A stretch of DNA of 58,183 nucleotides, taken from positions 1-58,183 of the IMG/VR virus record IMGVR_UViG_3300008219_000008. One strand, 5' to 3'. Shown piece by piece: positions 11,901 to 18,474 of this stretch; position 1 is the first letter of the stretch, and every line of letters begins with the position of its first letter. Position numbers and translations under genes: made by a program. The notes under the pieces were generated by a model. The model saw only the letters and a program-made list of their open reading frames with translations, was not told the origin of the DNA and made no database searches. This DNA comes from a virus (Duplodnaviria; Caudoviricetes).

Positions 11901-14900
11901 TTTTTGTATATAATAGCATCGTGTATAGCAGATGTACCTATGTGAGGCAATCCCAAGAACATCTCTGCTAAGAAATCTTTTAGTTCACTACGCTTTATAA
12001 CCCTATCATTTACACTTGATCCTACTACTTTAGGCATCAAAGTTACAGGATAGTCAATACCAGTTCTATCAACATTGGGATCGTGTAATATTTCCTCTCG
12101 CCACTTTTCAATTGCTTTCTTCTCAGCTTTTGTAAACTTCTTCTTGGCTAATATAGCATCTACCCGCTTCTGAGTTTTATAGTGAGACAACAGTCTCGCC
12201 ATAACTACAGGAGATAGCGGAGCAACTTCGTTTATCTGATTAATACCTGGAGCTAATTGAATCAAAGATTCTCCAGATACCTTTTCTACAATGTCACCAG
12301 TATAAAAACCTTTATCTGGATGTAGCCCAAGATGATTACGCATAGGCATATGTTTTGTTACATCTAATGCATCTACCAAAGCCTTTCCTAGAGATGAAGC
12401 TGGTTGCCTAGTAATTTCTCCATTACCAAGTCGTTCAATAGTTGTGTCTACTAAATTTCCTGTATCGTATAGTTCTCTAGTACGTTCTATTATAATCTTG
12501 GATAAGTTTTCTTTTAGATATGCTGCCTTATCTTCATCTAACATATTCTTAAAGTCCTTATCAAATATATCAGGATAGTGTTTCTCTAATCCCTTTATAA
12601 AAACACGAGCTTCTATTTCATTTGATAAGACAACTTCAACTTGTCCATTGATAGCCAAGGCTACCGATGTTTCGAATGTAGCTAAACTAGTGGTTTTTTC
12701 TCCCACACGTCCTGTTTCTGTTACTACATCTAATATATAACCACCATCATTTTTATCTAAGAATGCCTCACGAGCTACTAAAGCATCAGCTATCTCTAAT
12801 TGTTCTAGTAATTTCTCTGCATGAATTAAGTGTATAACAGAATCTGGTTTATCTGTTTCGAGCAAAGAGTTTAATCTAGCTTCTAGACCTGTTCTAAGCA
12901 TAGCGGATGACCAGCTATCATTTCTAGATGATATTCTAACAGCCCACCTACGCATTATAGCTAAGGCACCATACTCTCCTTTCATCCTGTATTCTATAGA
13001 ACCAGCATGTCTCTGTAGAGTAACGGCATCACTGTCTTTATTTACAATGCCATTATCTATAATAGCTTCTTTGAATATATCCCAAGGGGTAAACAACCTG
13101 TCCTTCATATACTTTGGCATAATACCGTAAATGGCTGCGTTGTATATACCACCATTAGGTCCATATGCTTTTTCTATTGATTGTATCTGCTCTAGTTGGG
13201 ACAATAGTTCTACATATGCTATTGCTTCTTCTGTAATTTCTCTACCCAATTCTTTTATAGAGTCTATGGGCAGCGTTAATAACTCTTCTTCATTCAAGTC
13301 TGTAAACATATACTCAGTATGATCAGTATTGATTAAAGACGTACCCTTAAGATTATTTAGATTTCTAGGTAATTTTGGCATATACCTAAAAGAACCAGGT
13401 TCTAAAGTCTTTAGAGAAGCTCTTGCTTCTTCTTGCGAAGACTCAAACAATGCTCTTGCCTGTGGAACAGTTATCTCTGAGCCATAACTTATGTCAATAC
13501 TCTCATCATTCATTTGTTGTATCAGGTTCTGTTCAACGCTGGTGTTCGAAGATAAGTAACCAAAGAAATCACCGTAGACTATGTTTACATCTGCTTCTTC
13601 TTGACCTTCTTTTACAAAGCCTTCTACTAAGACTTCTCCTGTATCTTCATCTATAGTTCCCGTCATTAGTTCTTCAAAACTTTGTCTATCCTGTCTAAGC
13701 TTTTCTCTTAACTCTGACTTCATTTTAGATACTTCTCGCCAAGCACTTAAGGTTACGTATACACCCTTACCTTCCTTATATTCTTTTACAAGCTGTTTAT
13801 TATTTTCAGTAAGAGCCTCGCCCACCTTGTCCAATCTTTCAGATTTAGCTTCCTGGTATACCTTGTATGAATCACTTTCTTTCACATTAACAATGGAGTC
13901 ATTATGTATTTCTTGTAAATACCTATATAGGTGGTTAATTCTTTTCGTGTTCCAACCTGAATCACTACCATCTAATAGACCCTTAAGTTTAGTACGCCAC
14001 GTCTTTCCTCTTTTTGTATTTGGAATCACCTCTATTATAGCATTTAAATGTTCTGCCCCATCCTCGTCGATATCTGTATTATCAAAATGTTTTCTTTCAT
14101 CACTCTTAGACGCTAGAGCAGCTACGGCAAGTATACCATATATACCCGCCATATCGGAGTTGACTATTCGAAAATCTTTTTTAAATTCTTCGTCCAAAGC
14201 TCTGGCTAATTCTATTTCCTTTTTCTTAAGCTCTCTTATTTCAGAATTAAGTATAACGATCTTTGATATATCAACACCAGAATCCTCAGCCCACTCAGCT
14301 AAGATATCATTACTTATATCTATATCATTATTTAAATCTAATATCATATCATTTAGGATATCAATTTCTTTGTCGTACTCTTCAGAAGTCATATCAGTTG
14401 GCTTAGACTTTAATAAATTATTTTTCCTATCTTCTAGTTTTGTTATTGTTTCCTCAGCTTCTTTTACATTATCCACTGTGTCAATAAGATCATTGGGTTT
14501 TTTAGTTTCCTCTTTTAAACCAGCTTCTACGACTTTAGGAACCTCTGCTGTTGCATCTTCTAAAGAAACCATTTGTTCGCTTGATAAAACAGCATATGTA
14601 ATAGCATCACCTTCTTTGTGAACTACACTATCGTAACCATGTTTTTTCAGTATCTTAACAAATTCATCTACGCCTAGTTCTTTGGTAAGTACATCGTTCT
14701 GTCCAAGCAGAGCGTTTATCCACACATAGCTTCTTTCTTGCCCTTCAACTCCCTCTAAGTAAGGTCTTAGATCAGCTCTTAAGCCCTCAGGAAGAGCAGC
14801 AAGAAGATCCTCTGCCGTATATTCCTCATCAAACTCCGTTCGCTTTTTAAGTATTATATTCCATGTGGATAGGTCGGTTAAATCCAAGGGATTATTCATA

Positions 14901-17900
14901 ATCAAGTGTGTTTCGATTACTTCTAATGGTTTGTCTTCTACCTTAAATGTTCGAGCGTGTTCTTCGCTATCGGTAAGCCATATGTATTTCTGACCCTTTG
15001 CTTCGGCAGCTACTACAGTTTTTCCTCCCCTATAAAATACTTTAGGCTGCCCTTTATCATCTTTAAAAAGAGGTGTTGTTGTGGTTTCCGGGGCAGCAGT
15101 CTTCCTAGGTTTATCTACCTCACTCTTTGCAACTAACTGCTCTGGTGAAACAACGTAAACAGTTTCTCCTAATGCTTCATCAACATGTGTAATCTCCTGT
15201 GTCGAGCCAACATCTTCGATATTCTCAAATATTATTACATTCTCAAATTTTGAGGTATCCTCACCGTTACGCTTAGCTTCCGTATGCCATGAAGAGAGCG
15301 CAGATGTCAGTATATCTAGAGTCATACCAGAATTTTGTCTAGTTAAAGGGTGCTTAGAGTCTCCACCCCGACCCGCACCGCTTTTTAGCATCCAATCTAT
15401 AAATGCTTTAGGCAGTACGTTTAATAAAGTAGGTGTAGAAATCCTTGCTTCAAAACTTGCACCTTTAACGTCTATTATAATAGGATTCCCTTGTGCTATT
15501 GCAGTAACCTGCTCGGGATCATATTTTAGCGGTACACCTTTTTGACCTTGATAGCTTCTAGCATGAGCTTCGGTAGGCGTAAGGAATACTCCTGAGCGTT
15601 GTCCCATAGTTCTGTCTGAATCAGCCCAATCAACAGGTTTCCTTACGTCATGTTCACTGACATACTCCCGTAGATTGAACAGTGCTTCGGCTTCCGCATG
15701 TGTTGCTTTCTCCCTTGCTTTAAATAGCTCACTATTTTTCTTATCCTTACCTAGATCATGTTGGCTTCGACCTTTTTTGAGTTGTTCATTATAGTATTTT
15801 TCCTGCTCTTCTTTTGCTATGTCTGCTAACTCTCTCGCGTCCTCATGATCTTTATTTGCCTTCTGGTAACCCTCATCAGTTTCTGGATCCCACGTATCTA
15901 GATCTCTCTCTCGCACCTGAGATGTATAGAGAATCTTAGTATTACCCTCTTCGTCAGTAATAAGGTTATTGTTTTCATCTAGTTGTACTTCGTTTCCAAG
16001 TACATTTTTTACACTCCCTGGTGTAGCCTCTGCAGTAAATTCTTTTGGAATTAGAGTATCTTCCTTCTTAATAACATCAGCTTCTGTCTCAACCTTTGCT
16101 TTTTCTCCTGTTAATCTATTATTAAACTCAACACCAGACACAGATAAATCATGAGCAGACTGCAACCATGTAAGGATAGGTACTTCAGTAATAACCGCCT
16201 TGGGATTTATATTCTGTTGTATGTAGTTGTTAAAATCAGAAAGTGACATATTACCTTGAGATACACTTTCAGCCTGGGTTCGCAACATCTGCGCTTGTAA
16301 GTCTGTTATGAGTCCTTGCTTCAGAGCATTATCTATATTTTTAAGTAACACTACTGGAGAAGCATTCTTCGGATCTTCTACCCTATTTTTTAGCTTAAGC
16401 TGTTCTTTATATAAATCCGTTTTTACTTCTGCTTCTACTCCTAAGTGTTCTTTAGCTTTATTAGTTGCTTCTTTAAGATTACTACCAGATGTTCTTAATT
16501 TATGGGCTAACTTCCCTCTAGCTTCTTGAGCTTTTTTAATTATCTCGTCTTGTACTTTAATAGCAGCGTCTAGCTTTTCTTCATTACTAGCTTCTTCCCA
16601 AGAAGTACCACCCTCTTCTGTTCTTGCGTCCCACTCCGCCTCTAACCGCTTCTTTAATTGTGGATCAACAAGATCAAAGAAGTTGTTATCTTCTAATAAG
16701 ACCTTATCTTGGTATTCTTGTATTGACAGACCAAGCTCTGAAGCTCTTTCTGCTATACGTGCTTGTATGGCTAAATAGGCTGTGGTATCAGAGAAAGATT
16801 CTTCAGCCTTTTCAACTAGCCCAAATTTCTGGGCTAAGTTCTCGAAGAGTTTTGTGTATAAGGCTGGTAGACTTATTGTCTTTTCCCCACTACCACCTTT
16901 AATATAAACTGTGGGGTCTATATTTTCTACAGCCTTAGTAAGTTCTAGTATTAATTCATGTTCGGATAAGTTGGTATTGGTTAGTACTGTATTCAATAGT
17001 ATTCCTACTGACTCATCTCCAAAGATATTATCATTTTGAAAAGCTAATCCTGTCTTTTCTGTAACTAATCCTCTTAGATTAACTGTAGCTGTTAAGCTTT
17101 CCATAGTAGCATCAATATCATACCTTCCACTGAATGCACCTTGGATCATATTATAAAGTTCTTTACCCGCCATCTTCTGACCAACTCCACCAAGGCTACC
17201 ATATAAAGCCTGTGAGCCTACTGTGTGTGGTATCATCATAATACCAGCCATAACTGGGTTAATGAATGGTGAGAACGCAGCTTCCCATTTTGCTTCAGTT
17301 AAGATATGATCCCAGCTTACTTCTTCTTGTACTCCTGTACTTGTTCTATGATACTGATTCATAATTTCAGCTAAACCACCACTAATAAATCCTTCTACTA
17401 CGTTACCCGTAGTATATGTACCAACCTTACCTAAAGTAATTCCTTTTTGTGCAGCTACTTTCTTGAATATAGTTTTGTTAAGTATGGTGGGTCCAATATT
17501 TTCCGGTAGATAGTAAATTAAAGACTTAGCACCCTGTTGCCACTTAGCTAAATGACCAATAGTACTTAATCTCTTCAGTGCTTGTACTTTATCAGTAGCT
17601 TTTTTAGCAGTCTTACCTATAAATATAGCTCCACCCAAGGCTCCTGCACCCAAAGCTGCTAAAGCAGCCGATAAACCTAAACTTGCTACCATATCTGGAT
17701 CATTTAGAATACCACTAACTACAAAGTTTTTACTTTTTGTCCATATTTGGTCAAGACCACTATCATATCTATTATGCATCTCTACGGAATGGGCAATAGC
17801 TCTATTTGTTACAGCAAGATTTAGTTTATACCAAAATTCTATTGAGTTTCTAGAACCTTCGACTGCTTCCTCTATATATTTTGCCCCACCCAAAGCACTG

Positions 17901-18460
17901 ATATACTTTCCATACAACACTTGGTCCATTGCTAATACTTCTAAAGCTTCTTCTGTATTCCAATTATCTTGCTTAAGGCTAAACATCTCTTCAGGAGTAT
18001 CATAAGCATACTCTACACCTGGTGCTGCTCTCCAGCTGGTTAAGCCAGATACTAAGTTCCATTTACTTAGTTTGCCCCAATCTCTTAACTTCTGTTCATT
18101 TGATTCTGATATACCTAAAACAGAATCCTCATCATATTTTCTAAGATCACGTCCACCCATGATATGCCTAGAGACTTCAACATCATTAGCAACATTTCTA
18201 CTCCAGATACCCCTATCATAACTCAGTTGCATTGACTTCTCGAATGCTAGGTTCTTCTCCATTACACCAGTTACCCATGTATTAGATTCAATGTCTAGGT
18301 ATGTTTCAGCATTGTCAAAGTCCTCCTCTCTATTTAAAGAAAGTGGGTTATCCTTAACAGCAGACCACGATTTCTCTCGCATTGCTGCTGTATATTCCAT
18401 TATATCTAGATCGGTTACATCTAGCGTAATGGGTCTTGTTTGCCACAGTGGGTCAGCCAT
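2912..18460 (-). CDS. Giant (5182 aa) polyvalent internal virion/ejection protein: two ART-like domains, an N4-vRNAP-like RNA polymerase domain and a zincin motif
   Basis: Last gene of the internal-virion cluster; RBS AAGGAG. Motifs: GVFLTPTEAHARSY; FYRGG..YIWLTDSEEHARTF..NNPLDL..GYDSV; DRTGIDYP; DDRNFNA; EDFY; RELFKIPTMRKVYQG; NIHNAS; GIKDYL; LAHEFAH..EFIA. Confidence 0.85.
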   Translation of the reverse strand: MADPLWQTRPITLDVTDLDIMEYTAAMREKSWSAVKDNPLSLNREEDFDNAETYLDIESNTWVTGVMEKNLAFEKSMQLSYDRGIWSRNVANDVEVSRHIMGGRDLRKYDEDSVLGISESNEQKLRDWGKLSKWNLVSGLTSWRAAPGVEYAYDTPEEMFSLKQDNWNTEEALEVLAMDQVLYGKYISALGGAKYIEEAVEGSRNSIEFWYKLNLAVTNRAIAHSVEMHNRYDSGLDQIWTKSKNFVVSGILNDPDMVASLGLSAALAALGAGALGGAIFIGKTAKKATDKVQALKRLSTIGHLAKWQQGAKSLIYYLPENIGPTILNKTIFKKVAAQKGITLGKVGTYTTGNVVEGFISGGLAEIMNQYHRTSTGVQEEVSWDHILTEAKWEAAFSPFINPVMAGIMMIPHTVGSQALYGSLGGVGQKMAGKELYNMIQGAFSGRYDIDATMESLTATVNLRGLVTEKTGLAFQNDNIFGDESVGILLNTVLTNTNLSEHELILELTKAVENIDPTVYIKGGSGEKTISLPALYTKLFENLAQKFGLVEKAEESFSDTTAYLAIQARIAERASELGLSIQEYQDKVLLEDNNFFDLVDPQLKKRLEAEWDARTEEGGTSWEEASNEEKLDAAIKVQDEIIKKAQEARGKLAHKLRTSGSNLKEATNKAKEHLGVEAEVKTDLYKEQLKLKNRVEDPKNASPVVLLKNIDNALKQGLITDLQAQMLRTQAESVSQGNMSLSDFNNYIQQNINPKAVITEVPILTWLQSAHDLSVSGVEFNNRLTGEKAKVETEADVIKKEDTLIPKEFTAEATPGSVKNVLGNEVQLDENNNLITDEEGNTKILYTSQVRERDLDTWDPETDEGYQKANKDHEDARELADIAKEEQEKYYNEQLKKGRSQHDLGKDKKNSELFKAREKATHAEAEALFNLREYVSEHDVRKPVDWADSDRTMGQRSGVFLTPTEAHARSYQGQKGVPLKYDPEQVTAIAQGNPIIIDVKGASFEARISTPTLLNVLPKAFIDWMLKSGAGRGGDSKHPLTRQNSGMTLDILTSALSSWHTEAKRNGEDTSKFENVIIFENIEDVGSTQEITHVDEALGETVYVVSPEQLVAKSEVDKPRKTAAPETTTTPLFKDDKGQPKVFYRGGKTVVAAEAKGQKYIWLTDSEEHARTFKVEDKPLEVIETHLIMNNPLDLTDLSTWNIILKKRTEFDEEYTAEDLLAALPEGLRADLRPYLEGVEGQERSYVWINALLGQNDVLTKELGVDEFVKILKKHGYDSVVHKEGDAITYAVLSSEQMVSLEDATAEVPKVVEAGLKEETKKPNDLIDTVDNVKEAEETITKLEDRKNNLLKSKPTDMTSEEYDKEIDILNDMILDLNNDIDISNDILAEWAEDSGVDISKIVILNSEIRELKKKEIELARALDEEFKKDFRIVNSDMAGIYGILAVAALASKSDERKHFDNTDIDEDGAEHLNAIIEVIPNTKRGKTWRTKLKGLLDGSDSGWNTKRINHLYRYLQEIHNDSIVNVKESDSYKVYQEAKSERLDKVGEALTENNKQLVKEYKEGKGVYVTLSAWREVSKMKSELREKLRQDRQSFEELMTGTIDEDTGEVLVEGFVKEGQEEADVNIVYGDFFGYLSSNTSVEQNLIQQMNDESIDISYGSEITVPQARALFESSQEEARASLKTLEPGSFRYMPKLPRNLNNLKGTSLINTDHTEYMFTDLNEEELLTLPIDSIKELGREITEEAIAYVELLSQLEQIQSIEKAYGPNGGIYNAAIYGIMPKYMKDRLFTPWDIFKEAIIDNGIVNKDSDAVTLQRHAGSIEYRMKGEYGALAIMRRWAVRISSRNDSWSSAMLRTGLEARLNSLLETDKPDSVIHLIHAEKLLEQLEIADALVAREAFLDKNDGGYILDVVTETGRVGEKTTSLATFETSVALAINGQVEVVLSNEIEARVFIKGLEKHYPDIFDKDFKNMLDEDKAAYLKENLSKIIIERTRELYDTGNLVDTTIERLGNGEITRQPASSLGKALVDALDVTKHMPMRNHLGLHPDKGFYTGDIVEKVSGESLIQLAPGINQINEVAPLSPVVMARLLSHYKTQKRVDAILAKKKFTKAEKKAIEKWREEILHDPNVDRTGIDYPVTLMPKVVGSSVNDRVIKRSELKDFLAEMFLGLPHIGTSAIHDAIIYKNNTIINFADGTSMGQATWLSQLTAGSKMIVPFNQIGMILAIEATAPVNFSGLTRSLVKQSHRVIKSWEEEYGKDAVDVMFSKSSRDDRNFNALVGLKLLSLARDTRVPKLIDQIENGFIDEDGNAVEGIIEAHFKNNKEDFYIAGGIGSKNHLFDENVAGVNTFLHVFEGIKHIKSISEWNAEVEAAETSGDSKRVKQLKALRELFKIPTMRKVYQGGFGAFQQDFNTKILAQARTGVTANMPDGIIAIIGIERAFKDEGVKFTEDEINNYGRAIVKKSHGQVSSVIEVALGLSPALYGKVLELLEMNSNDMTTQQWKDTLEMVYDNPTIGDDNPLYRLESLEKQMEGIIQRLAQKDYGIDPNTKQPTPDSIKRTKKKYQPRIDRATKFINDTLEAKGWDRIIPNTPEWETLKMIMMGVDIDTKEGREKGRQLYRSMGYFRALNIHNASAKKFNVKRMGDLMTLLGLEEMWDEGDWAGIKDYLIYTTALPSSGSTRSFRDTAGRGMNEQGMWLERVAVEPDKWVNKLEEDMQTIADNKYGGDVSKVTLEERQEIFLQYTEDKDNRDSFGMLDLENNPYDSVTNFDEHLEQVLTQHELMQYAEFAPPPFADYRAEDNDIDLIQSFYKDWDTDSRTRPEIVESQIALEEKFFANNNLVGLLNLRQAVLGGVFSKEVASKTMSPLLQYSPSEIDYHRVAKDGHILTANEHPRGPLALQAPYKQHSYYRKGVIRLQRLSIKKEIKDAIGEYQDLMAIEPATDAEAMMPDSFLGWPIPWKVDNLPNPLPFSIEENRLLADTGEVGRRAVSIRREMLAWAEPIGLVDAINKRPEALPYFYHLMMADKLRQAIVTREKKSFDKELSPQELEIYRMRWIDGYHKISDLSRTITETEVDPLKLESEGFPMAIVDPDFADKKMSEILTSVPGLYNNKPHLFSRTNLHDQLVVGPLAAENIILSVDGKEVPKDSILYKDLHYISSVIQGHDFNQLLMSILFQSYIGEILRDGTWIEHAPKDQRDKLAKKAEMYKDKKYWKDPESWRLFTEDEQLYLVDAALYKAEEEGGTNLEFDLIPHLMDLTTKPKNIRDKAAMSMQNKIKAVRQVHGRTTATEFNLRNTMFGMLTVAGRKIKGKQVKLALSIDSALMLFVLNSNNPALQRVNLAYHLKKSLGVTFDEDNNMVLDRAPQEVLDSALGFSMHRETRDQVITSDALEAIMRENAVKKYNKSADIYGSIDGAPIDVLNLQQYRLGAEGFTYSGIEVHLLPVLRMLERINVEGLAAFDTDVSKELRETVEEIRKDIEAVKENPVDNSRTIARLLLLANRIDAEGDPQVAHNLDKIMIEPFHETFVTKERDIAEGRYRRLSILFDAKGDWQLNPWYAHAREFLWQQPGTKNPVPDFLASIEKKHTLDDKQRMLAEIGLALAVGTDINEHSEDTMAWFDDSTILGPDGNKIDAGEYSKTSNKFKEFIAMTKGNPHLVRLNDQINKLTDPEGAEGILNEGAGKVIRAIIIRMYTYNQLSIEDIQLEYDNKKPKFMTARKEGDSYILAIGNKIKDTEASSDVIIATLAHEFAHIATMKFLRDGQMTTDWQTLMASKDGKSYLKKMVTAWFGGRETVASREYLNHLNSEPMEFIAGMVQFHLLNEISPYLDLTEGETNVSLRAQTLMQKVMSYVRNTFVRLHSVFTQFEESNPKLYKKVTEMNERILGHDNRYKDSRAPIVNRGDISEMSMELISPVREMKIDDVELRDDAVYMEKINELIKLKQQRERFFVLEDSSIMKDAELADHTKRVKDFFGTNSKKEIDQRIMDLDNRLRIAGNHAEDHVMTSGITRYDFHKGKNTLTEYGFYTNDQLDIHGLVQSEYQDRTLVAAAVEIMLGKLLTRYGQPVTGGVGLGARKFLEKISSMVKKEGGGNRLGQGLVSSTIGATGANYTYNSHVLLIMMASALLDNRVVHTTGDFNNLEGAPSVTAALEKINLQSDTLMVHSANIKNLVASLDNLPRKQRKEAEKAIHVQVFKLADMGGDFDVNDISLMDPMLKTKEIHAEIIQYAKSFRKSLDYFIHLGVEMGQYKEGFKAAVPYMLNENVTTDSIESFSENMKNVISHRLMSEQEKIDPITLYFIGKIPNLSDTLKRITEFLALESSDPKIYQKLIDTVLSLESSSYDKESETTKQEKRNIFKDTLNSTDTRSDGITEFYTKEAKLAHTSLRKGILAMMREMALGKLTWDELGITEKDSTRSEYFDAIKNGTKNSARIRSLNALGFDVPYHIFYNPKKGSRIEFNREGSNNLETAMDLHYFNFLHKASQGLYHPNESWAVPKISDLVHNDEVMKHIVTDPVTIVETHKKSTGDIILEQELMLNEFGVIGTYNDLLNLIERAFDAIGGGYRHADGSRMSEKERQSIVKSTEHLRAKHDVVRGIVRRSQATSIIGDWAVQVSPHLAKIAFGTNLAFASMLVEGMMSSFSEGIGRRNLRGAINSILHPLSGNLIKGTEERRVLARDLAHTIKDITHGRYTDYEQPAVAAQELFMAGALKQWGDKMLIPAKQVMSGIAGSRAISFRFFLSDHLNNLVSLQEEMKDAELDPEDHNYDRILLGHMRKAKIPKFNLNLVKYVLNSGLLSKKTNLLGMKSPSVEMFLDISNKEGRDYYSTTKLMEYVNRQDDWTADSSAYKQGLDIITSMRQAEKMFIEEVLVSPNAFDITTGHRNEDGSTSQGPFEAIWEVFRRYPMLFVSQHVVRKSTGFHPMKYAFNLFGLLLLDTLYMMLLRISAGQKYDDLIDEWEERPMNTLINYGVRLPVLGRTIALASQGILRAAEGFKGNSQNMFIAASAAEVIAKDIYKGIGALGGLAFGGNNTIYGQDLLALAKHVPILGETWGRGLAYLMMDHVEAPDIAQPVANWFSSRMDLRRPSMSSNKGFHQGIPTATSGYFWETMIHQGGKELFPSIQHVSEFSRDLGAPVRREQPEQQPIEAPESAPETLVRTKDPIAKLKDQAPYSKIPEALEDIID

Positions 18461-18474
18461 ATACTATAGTCTCC

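Noticed and set aside
11905-11945. SAIHDAII in the giant protein as RNAP motif C
   Set aside because: It resembles IHDS but lies N-terminal to motifs A and B, which is the wrong order. D2667 fits the expected spacing better.
13131-14621. Plus-strand ORFs in the track (for example 13827-14621, 264 aa, and many of 60-160 aa elsewhere)
   Set aside because: Antisense shadows of long minus-strand genes; S/L/I/F-rich with no RBS or motifs.
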